The position numbers and the translations under genes were made by a program. This document shows, one piece after another, positions 1 to 10,102 of a stretch of 64,000 nt of DNA. Every line of letters starts with the position of its first letter. The first letter of the stretch is position 1. This stretch comes from Trypanosoma brucei (Eukaryota), in NCBI GenBank assembly GCA_000002445.1, contig CM000208.1:1472001-1536000 (forward strand), given 5' to 3'. The notes under the pieces were generated by a model that saw nothing but the letters and a program-made list of their open reading frames with translations, did not search any database and was not told the DNA's origin.

Positions 1-1262
1 GGTGAAGGTAAATTCTTCGCAGCAGAGGGAATATCAGCCAGAGAATTTGCAGGGGTCAGACATGATCCATCTGATGAAAGCACCTGTGATCGCGTGATAT
101 CCGCTTTTGGGGGCTTCAACGCGCTCTTTAAATGTGAGCCGGACGACACGACTTTTCGCAGAGAGTTCCGCTCCACTGCACCCAACTTCCCGTCGAAAGC
201 AACACCGTTCTCGCCAGGACGTAACGCCCCGCCTACGGCCGAGCACGACAAATCTTCCGATCTTGAATCATGATATGAATGTTTTTGGCAAAACTCTCCA
301 TCCACACCATTAAGTGATGTACCCTCCTGCCCCATAGGCGCGCCATTTTCTTCCCGCATAACCTCTGCCTCCTTACTTTCACATAGTTTGGCTAATGCTG
401 CGTCCAGTTTGAAGACAATTGTAGCTGGCACAACGTCTTCTGTCTCCGCCGCGTCACCGGATTTTGGTGCATTTCCACCCCTTGTCCTCACAGGTGACTT
501 AAAGTAACGACCCCTTGCGGAAAATAAAGGTGCCTGGCCACCTTCGGGGCGTGGGGTCGCCATGGTGGAGATAAACGACCGCAACCCGGGCACTGCTGCA
601 TCTTCCGTTCCATTAAGGGGCCGATCCACGAATACGCTACGGGCGCGGTGGAGCACAGGTTGTTCTGGAGGCGTAGCTTGATCCTTGGGAGTCTTTGAAA
701 TAGCAGAAAGCTGCTGTGAATCCTGTTGAGACCTCGTAGCTGTTGATTCTTGCTCAGCACTGTCGCCATTCGTAGTTTTGCTGTGGAATCTGCCGCTGTG
801 CAGTAGGGTGAACTGTAGTACTCGATCGTATGTCGCAAAAGTGTTAAAGGTGTCTTCGGGGGGTCGCCGCTTTCCGCCCAAAGCGCGACGCGGAGAACAT
901 CTTCCAGGCGTAAGACACGTGGAGCTTATGTTACTCCTCTGGCGTCTCACAGCTGACGGCGTGGAAGAATTCACTGGCGACACAGTATTTCCAGTTTGCA
1001 TACGATATGACCTTATACGTGGCGAAGGGCGCACCGACGCTTGTGCTGATCGGTCAGGAAGTGAAAACTTCGATGCAGCGGGGTATGAAGAATCTGAGGA
1101 GCCACTATGTGACGGATGGAGCAAAGATCTCAGTCGCCGTTTGTGTTCTTTCAACGACAAAGACATTGGGTTATTATGTTTGTCCAAATTTCCGTTCACA
1201 GCCTGGTATGGCTGCGCGCCGGCCCCACGCGCCTGCGCACCCACAACTTTGCTCTGGAGCAT
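1..1262 (-). CDS. Partial hypothetical protein, Ser/Arg/Pro-rich and low-complexity. Its N-terminus lies in the window (Met candidates at 1262, 1166, 1001 and 563) and its C-terminus lies beyond the left edge.
   Basis: I translated the minus strand by hand. One frame is open from a TAA at 1320-1322 down to position 1, more than 430 codons with no stop. It is missing from the ORF track because the window edge truncates it. The + strand ORFs 778..1335 and 1007..1297 are its antisense shadows. Confidence 0.45.
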   Translation of the reverse strand, partial: MLQSKVVGAQARGAGAQPYQAVNGNLDKHNNPMSLSLKEHKRRLRSLLHPSHSGSSDSSYPAASKFSLPDRSAQASVRPSPRIRSYRMQTGNTVSPVNSSTPSAVRRQRSNISSTCLTPGRCSPRRALGGKRRPPEDTFNTFATYDRVLQFTLLHSGRFHSKTTNGDSAEQESTATRSQQDSQQLSAISKTPKDQATPPEQPVLHRARSVFVDRPLNGTEDAAVPGLRSFISTMATPRPEGGQAPLFSARGRYFKSPVRTRGGNAPKSGDAAETEDVVPATIVFKLDAALAKLCESKEAEVMREENGAPMGQEGTSLNGVDGEFCQKHSYHDSRSEDLSCSAVGGALRPGENGVAFDGKLGAVERNSLRKVVSSGSHLKSALKPPKADITRSQVLSSDGSCLTPANSLADIPSAAKNLPS

Positions 1263-1677
1263 GCTGGGTCGAGTTGAACAACGGATTGTGTATTTAAAAT
1301 ATGATATATATATATATGTTTATATACTTGATTGACTACTTTAAGCAAGTAAAACCCCCACCTTCTCAACACGAACCCTAAAATTGCGGTGAGTACACAG
1401 TGCCGATATCCTTGAAGTATTGGTAGAACCTTACATGAAGGAAAAGTTTCAAAAAATTACAAAAATGGAAAGAAAGGGTCAAAAAAAATGACTCCGTTGC
1501 TAGGTAAATTCCTTTCACAACCGGTGCTTCGCTGTCCATTTCACTGTTTGTTCCATCATGTTTAGCACACACAGAATAGAGCGTTTTCTACGTACACTTC
1601 AGTCGAAAATAAACCGGAAATAAATACATCAATATACACTATAGTTATGCTAAAGAAAAGAGAAAAAAATGCAAATC

Positions 1678-4395
1678 TCAATGATTCTTTGACCTTCTCC
1701 CCCCGCTACCAGGAACGGGTGCATACCGATACAAGGTGTACCCGCTAGGGGTTACCTCCGCTGCACGTAATGTAATACTGGGGAGCTGGGGAATTGTGTA
1801 AGGAACGGGGCGTGTAGGCACCTTTTTAGGGTTAGGGCCTTTGACGTACAACTCTGGCCCAAGGACAACCTTCGATGTGGTGGAAACATTTACACCACTT
1901 CCCCTGTTTGCCTCTGCGTTGACAAAGTACATGATAGAGCTCGCCTCACCGTTTAATACCATCACACGAAGGTAGCGCCAACGTATAAGTGTTCGCTGCC
2001 GCCGCGACTTGGCTGTATCATCTTCACAGCGTGCAAGAGCTGCCTCCATCAACAGATACGCAGCGAGTGATGCGGCCCCTGAAATATTTTCAACCGAAGC
2101 TTGCCCAAACACCTCGAGCGGGAGACGATTGTTCTCTGGAAGCCGCCTTACCTTCATGTTGACCCTGCTAATTGCGTCTATCCTTGAGTGCTGGCTGGTA
2201 TTTTGCTTCTTCTCACGATGCTGCAAGTCGTAGCACCAGTGCTCACGCAGAGCGAAGACGTCCAGATTTTTTTCGTAAAAGAAGTCTCTTGGGATAACAG
2301 GAACATTTGGTCGAATAATTCCAAATAGCCCTCTACCTTGTCTGGGCGACTGCGCTTTCTCGACAACCTTTCCGTCACTCAGCCCCTTTGATTCGCTCGA
2401 GTCGTCATCAGTGAATACGTCCTCGTCGGATCCTCCTACAGAAGACGATTTCTGCGCCTTCCGTGATCTCGAAAACTGCTTACGCTCTTTTTTGTCCTTT
2501 TCCCGTAGCGCCAACACATTCTCAATAACCTTGTCCCTTGTGTCTTGGTAGAAATCCTCCGCCCACGAACGCACCTCCTTCTCACTACGGAGGACTGCTA
2601 CCGGATAGTTTGCATCCGGTAGGTGTTGAGGTTTATTCATTGCATTGTTGGGATGGTACAAGAGGGCGAAATGGTCCTTGCTGTCAACAACTCGGGGTGA
2701 TGGAAACGCCCTTGAGTTGTGCACATCGCTGCTTCTGCGCCTCAAATGTAACGATGTAACACTAACGTCTCTATTTTCTTCTGTACTTGGGGGCGGCATC
2801 GATCCATTCCCCCCTGTCGAGCTTGATGCTGCTTCCGTTGCTTTAGTTTCGGCATCGCTATAATCTGACCGAGAAAATTCATACGCCGACTTGCCAGAAT
2901 TTACATTATCTGTTGTCAGTACAGTCAGAGTAGAGTAAACTGACGCATTCAACAGACTGACAGAGTCAAGCGAGGCAGAATCCATCGGGTTGTCATGAAA
3001 AACCGGAGCCAGTAGGAGTGCAATGCACTCATCAAACAAGCCACCATGCATTAAAATATGTTTCTGATCACCGCCAGATTTCCGTAAAGCTGAGGAGCTG
3101 ATGCACGCATATGCATATTTCCGTTGATACACGGAAACTCCGTTGGAGGAAAATAATGCTGTAACCGATGAGGCCTTCTTATCGTTTGTTGCCCTCCGTC
3201 TCATGCGAGACGACGCCCTCTTCCCACCTTTCCCACTACGAACTTCAGCACGGTACGCCAAAAGGCTGTTAACGACTCGCTTGGGAATTACTACTGGGGT
3301 GAGTGACCAAGTCATGGTTCGAAGCTGGAGGCGAAAGACGGCACAGCCATCAAACTTTACCTTTCCGTCTCCCTCAGGTTCTCTCACAGTGCTAGCGCTC
3401 CTCAGGATAGATCGGGAGGATTGTTGACCTGTCACTGAGGTGGCGGATGAGGGTCGACGATCAAAGTGCTGATGAACCAACGCACCCTCAATCGGTGCCA
3501 TCATAATTGGGAAATAAAACTCCTGGCGCCGTTCGTCGTATATTCCACCAACGCTAATGTGTTCCTCTAAAAAGTGCTCCCAGACAAGGGGCATGCGAAA
3601 AGCTATGGGGCTGCTAGGCGAGACTGCCGTTGTCAACTCTGTCCAGAAGCAGGAGTAGATGTTCATTGCAAAGATGGAAGGCGTGTCTGCAAATCTAGGG
3701 GACCCACAGCTCTTCATCGACATGCCAACGACAATCAGTGAAATAGACTGATGATGATACACCGCATTTACCAACTGCAAGTGAAGTGGATTCACCGAAC
3801 TTGGTCCATGAATTCCTGTCCATGTGCGACTACGAATGTCAAACGAATGAGCAATATATGTGTTGTGCTTCCGCTGATGAAAACCACCTATGACGATCAT
3901 CGCTTGAGTTGGGGGGATAAATACAGCCGCATGCGAAAACACAGGCCCCGGTCCTTGTACGTGTTCGTAACTAACTTTCTCCCACCGCATACTATCTAGG
4001 TTGACAATGTAAAGTTCGTCAAACACTTCCAGCTCCCGATGTCCTCCGAAGACAAACATTTTGTTTTCTACCAAAACGGATGTGTGATTCGCTCGTCCAG
4101 TTGGCACAACACCCACACCCCGGCACTCTTTCCACTGCAGAGTCATCTTCTCATTGCAAAAAATAGAAGACGAGTATGTGCTGTTGGGACCCGTGCCACC
4201 AAAAAGAAACATGTTTGACTTATACACAACGATCGTATGACCTGTGCGTTGAAGCCAAGTTTTTGGCTCCGGAAGGGTTGCCGCTCGAAAGGCGGTTAGG
4301 TGACCACTTTCAGCCTTAGCGGCATCCGCTTCATTGGAGTGGGAACTAATGTATGATCCCCTTCTTCCTTCCCTTTCACTACCTACCCTTTGCAT
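1678..4395 (-). CDS. Kelch-repeat (beta-propeller) domain protein with a long low-complexity C-terminal region.
   Basis: 905-aa ORF. The N-terminal third shows repeated hydrophobic-FGG and W-x-K/V motifs (MFLFGGTGPNS, MFVFGGHRELEVFDELYIVNLDSMRWEKV, MIVIGGF), which are typical of Kelch blades. Confidence 0.6.
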   Translation of the reverse strand: MQRVGSEREGRRGSYISSHSNEADAAKAESGHLTAFRAATLPEPKTWLQRTGHTIVVYKSNMFLFGGTGPNSTYSSSIFCNEKMTLQWKECRGVGVVPTGRANHTSVLVENKMFVFGGHRELEVFDELYIVNLDSMRWEKVSYEHVQGPGPVFSHAAVFIPPTQAMIVIGGFHQRKHNTYIAHSFDIRSRTWTGIHGPSSVNPLHLQLVNAVYHHQSISLIVVGMSMKSCGSPRFADTPSIFAMNIYSCFWTELTTAVSPSSPIAFRMPLVWEHFLEEHISVGGIYDERRQEFYFPIMMAPIEGALVHQHFDRRPSSATSVTGQQSSRSILRSASTVREPEGDGKVKFDGCAVFRLQLRTMTWSLTPVVIPKRVVNSLLAYRAEVRSGKGGKRASSRMRRRATNDKKASSVTALFSSNGVSVYQRKYAYACISSSALRKSGGDQKHILMHGGLFDECIALLLAPVFHDNPMDSASLDSVSLLNASVYSTLTVLTTDNVNSGKSAYEFSRSDYSDAETKATEAASSSTGGNGSMPPPSTEENRDVSVTSLHLRRRSSDVHNSRAFPSPRVVDSKDHFALLYHPNNAMNKPQHLPDANYPVAVLRSEKEVRSWAEDFYQDTRDKVIENVLALREKDKKERKQFSRSRKAQKSSSVGGSDEDVFTDDDSSESKGLSDGKVVEKAQSPRQGRGLFGIIRPNVPVIPRDFFYEKNLDVFALREHWCYDLQHREKKQNTSQHSRIDAISRVNMKVRRLPENNRLPLEVFGQASVENISGAASLAAYLLMEAALARCEDDTAKSRRQRTLIRWRYLRVMVLNGEASSIMYFVNAEANRGSGVNVSTTSKVVLGPELYVKGPNPKKVPTRPVPYTIPQLPSITLRAAEVTPSGYTLYRYAPVPGSGGRRSKNH

Positions 4396-4717
4396 GGTAA
4401 TACAATAAACAACACCAAATTAGTAACTATTCGCTTTTACGCTATGTACCATCACACACTCCCTGAAACAACGACAAGTGCAAGAAAAGGAAACAAAAGT
4501 GAATGCGACTGCAAGAGTTCGTGTACAGTCCAAAAGGTCGAACGAAACCAAAGCAAAATGACGACACCGTTGGATATCCAACCCAAGCACAACCACATAA
4601 CATTATTTAAAAACTTCCATCAGTCGTGAATAATTTCATCGTGCCCGAACGCTAGTCTTCGAGGAGGAGGAGGAGACCCAAATCGACAGATCTTTCATTT
4701 CCTTGATAATTTTCTGT

Positions 4718-6121
4718 TCACATAGCTACAGGGGCCTCGAACCATAGACACATTTTGAGCATGAATGTAAAGGGCAGAACTGGGGTGGAAATCGTATCGA
4801 TGCATTCGACATCCTCAGCTGTTGTCTCACTCCCGTCGGGGGCAACTTTGTTAAGCATTTTAAGAGCCCTCTCAACAAACAGCACCGAACCGGATTTGGC
4901 ACGGTGCTCAACAGCCAACTTCCTTAATGCTGGAGCGGTATCGAGCGCAACTTGAAGTTCACGATGCAAACCCACGACGTAGCGCATTTTGCTCTTTGAC
5001 ATCACTAACTCAAACAGTGCCAAGTCTTTATCACGTTGAGATAGTGGTGTCCCTGTGCTACTCATACGATTGATCAGAACATCAAGTTCTTGCGATACAG
5101 ATGCTTCTACATTACGCGTAGCAGTGCCCTTCATCTGCAATTCCATTACTTCCGGTACCTCACCACGCACAATGATGTTGCAATGCTTGAGAACATTAAA
5201 ACGCTTGTCGCTGCCATTTAAACGTAATTCACCTTCCGCTTGCAGAGCAGCATGTATGTCCTCCGGAACCACACCCAAGTCTTTCACCGTTGCCACTATA
5301 GCACGCGCAACAGCAGCCTTCTGCAACTCCCAACGCTTCCCTTCGCGCTTCAGATATGCATCCAAAATTTCCATGCGCTCTTTTTCAAGGCAATCCGCTT
5401 CGACGCTCCCTGGCTGCAGTGGATTTTCGTTGTCGTCGGCGAGAGCCATTTCGAAAGCGGACTCAAGCAGTGTCAATCGTAAAGCGTCAGGATTTTTCCA
5501 AAACGGGAGGGGCTCACTGTCCTTTACTTCCGCTGCTTCTGCCACTTTCTCTCCCAAATATGGGGCGCCTGGTGCATCATTGTGGAGTATCTCAATACTC
5601 TCCAAACGACTCTGGGAAGAAACCCCCCGAACAACATTGCTGGTTAAAAACTCAACAGTTTCCTCACCCACCACCGGCACGGGGTCATTGGGTACTTTAC
5701 TGCGTCCGCCCTCTTCGGCACATTTTTGTTCGATATCATCCAAACGAGTTGTCCTCTTCACTAACCCAGCCAGTACAGAAGCGAGGTCAGAAGCCCGTTC
5801 TGTCTCACCACTAGCGATACATATGGTTAACTCCCGATGTAAACGAAGGGCTGCCGGGTTCGTGCGGAAAACATTCGACAGAACGGTCATGGCGTCAGGT
5901 CGCTTGCGCTCCTTCCCTACAGCCTCCACGCCAATCGCGTTATTCTCTCGCATCTCCGAGAGCAGCGTAACTGAATTCCCCGTCACACGGCCCGAGGGAA
6001 TCCCCTCATGGCAGCTGCGGCGCTGGGATGTCATTGGGTTTCTGAAACGAAATGTACAATACCATGAAGAATCACTAAAGAGGGAGTTGATTATAACCTT
6101 TTTTGTACGGTAAAAAGACAT
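4718..6121 (-). CDS. Hypothetical protein (467 aa).
   Basis: Long minus-strand ORF lying co-linear within the cluster. The 352-aa + strand ORF 5055..6113 is its antisense shadow. I recognise no domain. Confidence 0.55.
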   Translation of the reverse strand: MSFYRTKKVIINSLFSDSSWYCTFRFRNPMTSQRRSCHEGIPSGRVTGNSVTLLSEMRENNAIGVEAVGKERKRPDAMTVLSNVFRTNPAALRLHRELTICIASGETERASDLASVLAGLVKRTTRLDDIEQKCAEEGGRSKVPNDPVPVVGEETVEFLTSNVVRGVSSQSRLESIEILHNDAPGAPYLGEKVAEAAEVKDSEPLPFWKNPDALRLTLLESAFEMALADDNENPLQPGSVEADCLEKERMEILDAYLKREGKRWELQKAAVARAIVATVKDLGVVPEDIHAALQAEGELRLNGSDKRFNVLKHCNIIVRGEVPEVMELQMKGTATRNVEASVSQELDVLINRMSSTGTPLSQRDKDLALFELVMSKSKMRYVVGLHRELQVALDTAPALRKLAVEHRAKSGSVLFVERALKMLNKVAPDGSETTAEDVECIDTISTPVLPFTFMLKMCLWFEAPVAM

Positions 6122-7328
6122 CCTCGACTCCTCTTTTCTCCCTCCTCCTCCCCTGTTGCTACCGTGGTGGACAGCAGCACCTCACGCATGGCAACATACG
6201 CAGTGCAAGAGTTAACGCATCAAAAAGAGAAGGAAGAGGAAATAACAGCACGATCGAGAAGTGGAGAATCAGCACGTGGAAGCAACAACTGACAATTCAC
6301 TCGATCATGTCGCCCAGCAGCACAAAAACCCGTCACGTGAGATCCAACAAAAAAATTCACTGAGCAATCCCTTTTTTTCTTAGTAATCACACCGAATATG
6401 TTCAGTGCACAAACGAATAAATAATTTATGGTATCTAGGAGGATGTTTCTTTTCTGGTATTCTTTTTTTTTCTTTCGCACTTATCCAAGGATCTATTACA
6501 GCACCACTTTAAATCTCAATCACAACCGCTCCCAACTATTCTAAGGGATCGCAGCATCAGCAGTAACAAAGCAACAGGAAAAGCGGAAGAGCAACGGCGC
6601 CGGTCAACCCCGCCACCGAGCACAACACGCACAAACACTCACACAAACAAACAAACCGTTCACTGGTACCACTACCGGCATCGGCGCTACAACTCAATGC
6701 GGTTTTGTTTTCCCCTTTTCCAGTGACTCTTCCCCCCCCTTTTTTTATTATTTCAATACCGGTGATATTAATGATCTCTAACATATAAACAAATCAAGCA
6801 CAAAAATATGGCATCCCCCATGACCACCTTGTTGCGTAACACTGCATATATATATATTTAAGTATTTATGTAAGTACTTATAAATCTGTGTCGAGGACAA
6901 GGGAACAGTTAACAACAAATAAACGAAACTAAACTACAGAAAAAAAAAAAGTGACACAACAAGTACCAATATAATGGTCAACCAAATTGACAAAGACACG
7001 ACAAAACGTGAAAGGCTGTCGCCATTTGTGTACACACGAAAGGAAAAAGTTATCACTTTCCTTCAGTTCTGTTACCCTTTTTTTTTTCACTGCACGAAGA
7101 CGTGGAATGGAGAAGGAGAGCGAAGGGACCTTTTGTTCTCTTTTGTTTTTGTTTTCTTTTTAAAATCCCCGCTTCAATTCCCCTTCTGCTCCACCCGCCA
7201 TCACAACTAATCCCAACATACACCACCACATATTCTCATCCGTATGCATTTCCAATCTATGTATCTTCTATGGTGATATAACAAGCGAGTGTTTATATCT
7301 CCACATACGAATCAACGGAAAAAAAAAC

Positions 7329-9686
7329 CTATACAACCAACGAGTCCATGTACCTCTGTGCCAAGGACGGATCCAACTCAGCCCGGCGCCGGAAGTGATG
7401 GTCTTCTTTTAGCTTACTCTTTAACAGTTGAAGTTTCTTCATACTCTCTGACGACACTTTCAAGGCACTGAGACGATCCTCACTCTTCTTAGCAGAATTG
7501 TAAAGCTTCTCACACGTTCGATTTCTGGGAATGGAGTGGCCGCGACGCGAAGGTGGCCGCGTTGAAGATCCACTCTCAACATTTGCCTTTCTCCTTCTAA
7601 TCGACGCCGCCGTAGGCTTATTTATGCTAAGAATCGCCTCCTGGCGGTTCCTACTCTGAGGCGAGTTTGTCCGCGGCCTGAAAGTGCACTCAGCCATCTG
7701 CGCTACCTCCATTTGGTTGCGTATAGCATTAAGATTGATTTCACTACGCCGCGCAAGGCGGGCATTAAGCAACTCCTCTTGTTCCCTATTTAGTCGCTTC
7801 GGACGAATATATTCTTGTAGCTTTTCTGGGTCATCGAGGAGTTTGGTACACAATACCGCGGCGCATTCCTCCTCTTCCTGAGGCGTGAGCATGCGTTCGG
7901 AGCTATCAAGGCCCACCTTCCGGAGAACTCGGGTAAACAAGAGTTCCTCCAGTTCCATCTGTTCCCTTTCTTGTCGAGCGCGTTGACGTCGTTCCTCATG
8001 CCATTCCCTAAATTTTGCCGCATCGCTGTACAGACGCTCGTGTAAACCATCATCGAAGCTCGACGAAGGTGTCCTACGTCTCCTTGGCGTACTTCCCTGA
8101 CTACTATGACGTCGGGCGGAGCTCTGTTGGTGCAACCGCTCAAACAGTTCACTACGTTTCCGCTCCACCTCCCTTCGCCGCCGGAGACGCCGCTCCTCAG
8201 TCTCATCGTCTTCACTGAGCAATTGGTTTCTGGCATTTTCTAGGTTCAGGTAAAGAAGCAAACGGGAACGACGCTCATCACGATCACGCCGATTGTTCAT
8301 GTGATACAACCGCACGTGCGGATCACTCAACATTGCCTGCTCCAGCTCCACGTCGAGTGACTGCATCTCGTCACGTACCGCCGTAAGTTCCTTCTCTATT
8401 TTCGCTAGTAACTCCTGACGCTTTTTTTGGCGCACTCGCATCGGTGAGCACGACGACCGGTGCACTTTAAACATCTCTAGTGCAGGGCTGGTAGCATGGG
8501 AGACGTTAGGATTCGTTCCCATCAGATAGTGCTGCGACACTGTCAAATCCGAATATCTAGGGGATGCTAGAAGGCATCTGCTACGTTGCGAATGTGGCGT
8601 ATCGAGCTGCGTATGGGGGCTTGGTCGTCGACTTCCCGTGTTAGACGAAGGTGGCTCATTGTTATAATATCTTGGCTTCCAGTCACCCGCTCTACCACGA
8701 GAATAACTACTCGCATCGGAATTCGTATAGCGTCCTTCACTTCGATGCGAGCCGTAACTCCTACGACCACCGTCGGTTCGTGAGGCACTGCGTATCCCTT
8801 CTCTTCTTCCACTCAGTGGTGTCACACTACCACTCCCGCTTCGTCGGCTCCGCGATGAGTGCCTGCCGCCAGGTCCTCGTCTGCTGTCAAGGCTCGACGC
8901 AGATGAGCACCTGTTACCTCGGAGCCCACGTTGCTCTTGGACTTCATGCTCGAAAAAACAAGATTTCACGGAAGAGCGTTTGATGGGTGTCGCGCTCCCA
9001 GCTCTGCGACGCTCATTTGCCAACCCGGATGAAGCGGGTGTGCCATGACGGACCGCTTCTGCCGGTCGACATGAATTGAGGGGTGCTCCATCTGCGGTGT
9101 CGGTAGACAACTTACTACGATTGGGGCTCAGGAGAGAGGAGGCTGATGTGCCTCGCATGTTAGAGGATGGTTCAACCTCAAACACAATACTTGTCGTGGT
9201 TGGAGACCTGGACAACACTGACTCACCATCGACAAAAGTGAATTTAATGGATGACGCACGATCATCATCATCGACAGCAACAACAGAACTGATATTGCCA
9301 ACAGCATGTTTATTTATCTCGAAGGGCTTCTCAACCTCTGCACTCGTAGGCAGGGTGCCACCCTTGCCATTGAGAGGTTTACTCCGGCCAGCAACATTGG
9401 AGTCAGAAGTCTTATTTGAGCGCTCATGCTTTTGGTCAAACGTGGAGAATTCATCGCCGAGCACTCTCACCGTTGGAGCTGGTACGGAATCGTTCACACA
9501 TTCAAATATTTCTTCCACACTCGCTCCCTCAACCCTATCTTGGGTGACGTCATGAAACCTGTTGCTGTGCGGTGACGGAGCGAGCGAGGGAAGCACCATT
9601 ACGGGAGACACTTGATCCTGTACGGCAACCGCGCCCCGCGGTGGGGGAGGCGTGTCCGGTGTTGACGCACCAGTTTCCCTCGACAA
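7329..9686 (-). CDS. Hypothetical Arg/Ser-rich protein with a charged coiled-coil C-terminal half.
   Basis: 785-aa ORF. It has RS/RR-rich stretches (SRSRRSGSGS, RRLRRRREVERKRSELFERL) and ER/KE-rich predicted coiled coil. Confidence 0.55.
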   Translation of the reverse strand: MSRETGASTPDTPPPPRGAVAVQDQVSPVMVLPSLAPSPHSNRFHDVTQDRVEGASVEEIFECVNDSVPAPTVRVLGDEFSTFDQKHERSNKTSDSNVAGRSKPLNGKGGTLPTSAEVEKPFEINKHAVGNISSVVAVDDDDRASSIKFTFVDGESVLSRSPTTTSIVFEVEPSSNMRGTSASSLLSPNRSKLSTDTADGAPLNSCRPAEAVRHGTPASSGLANERRRAGSATPIKRSSVKSCFFEHEVQEQRGLRGNRCSSASSLDSRRGPGGRHSSRSRRSGSGSVTPLSGRREGIRSASRTDGGRRSYGSHRSEGRYTNSDASSYSRGRAGDWKPRYYNNEPPSSNTGSRRPSPHTQLDTPHSQRSRCLLASPRYSDLTVSQHYLMGTNPNVSHATSPALEMFKVHRSSCSPMRVRQKKRQELLAKIEKELTAVRDEMQSLDVELEQAMLSDPHVRLYHMNNRRDRDERRSRLLLYLNLENARNQLLSEDDETEERRLRRRREVERKRSELFERLHQQSSARRHSSQGSTPRRRRTPSSSFDDGLHERLYSDAAKFREWHEERRQRARQEREQMELEELLFTRVLRKVGLDSSERMLTPQEEEECAAVLCTKLLDDPEKLQEYIRPKRLNREQEELLNARLARRSEINLNAIRNQMEVAQMAECTFRPRTNSPQSRNRQEAILSINKPTAASIRRRKANVESGSSTRPPSRRGHSIPRNRTCEKLYNSAKKSEDRLSALKVSSESMKKLQLLKSKLKEDHHFRRRAELDPSLAQRYMDSLVV

Positions 9687-10102
9687 TACGTGGATGAATC
9701 ATCTTCTGACATCGTTTGAATCCCCATCCGGTAACCCTCCTTCACTGTCTTTTTATGCGATATAAAATGAAACACGGCCACCGCAACGGGTTACGCAGTC
9801 GAGATGCACCAAAAGCGCCAACACTGAGGGATGTGTAATCCTCTCAAACAGCGTAGCTTTCCAAAACTGTAATCACTAAGGAAAAACACGAACAAAGAAA
9901 ATGACGGTAACACTTCACCAAGGAATTAAGGTACGACCGCACAACGCAGCCACAAATGAAGCGGTGTTGTCAGTGAAAATAATAATAATAATAACCGTAC
10001 ATTTACACGTTAATTTCCACCCCCTCCGCCCAACACACACACTTCCCCCATGGTGTTGATAACAAATGGAAAGGGCGCCGTTAAAACATCCGTACCCTAC
10101 AC

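Noticed and set aside
778-1335. 185-aa and 96-aa + strand ORFs.
   Set aside because: They are antisense shadows of the edge-truncated minus-strand ORF (1..1262) that I translated by hand.
5055-6113. 352-aa + strand ORF.
   Set aside because: It lies entirely antisense to the 467-aa minus-strand gene and has a Ser/Arg/Ala-rich shadow composition. It is opposite to the uniform transcription direction.
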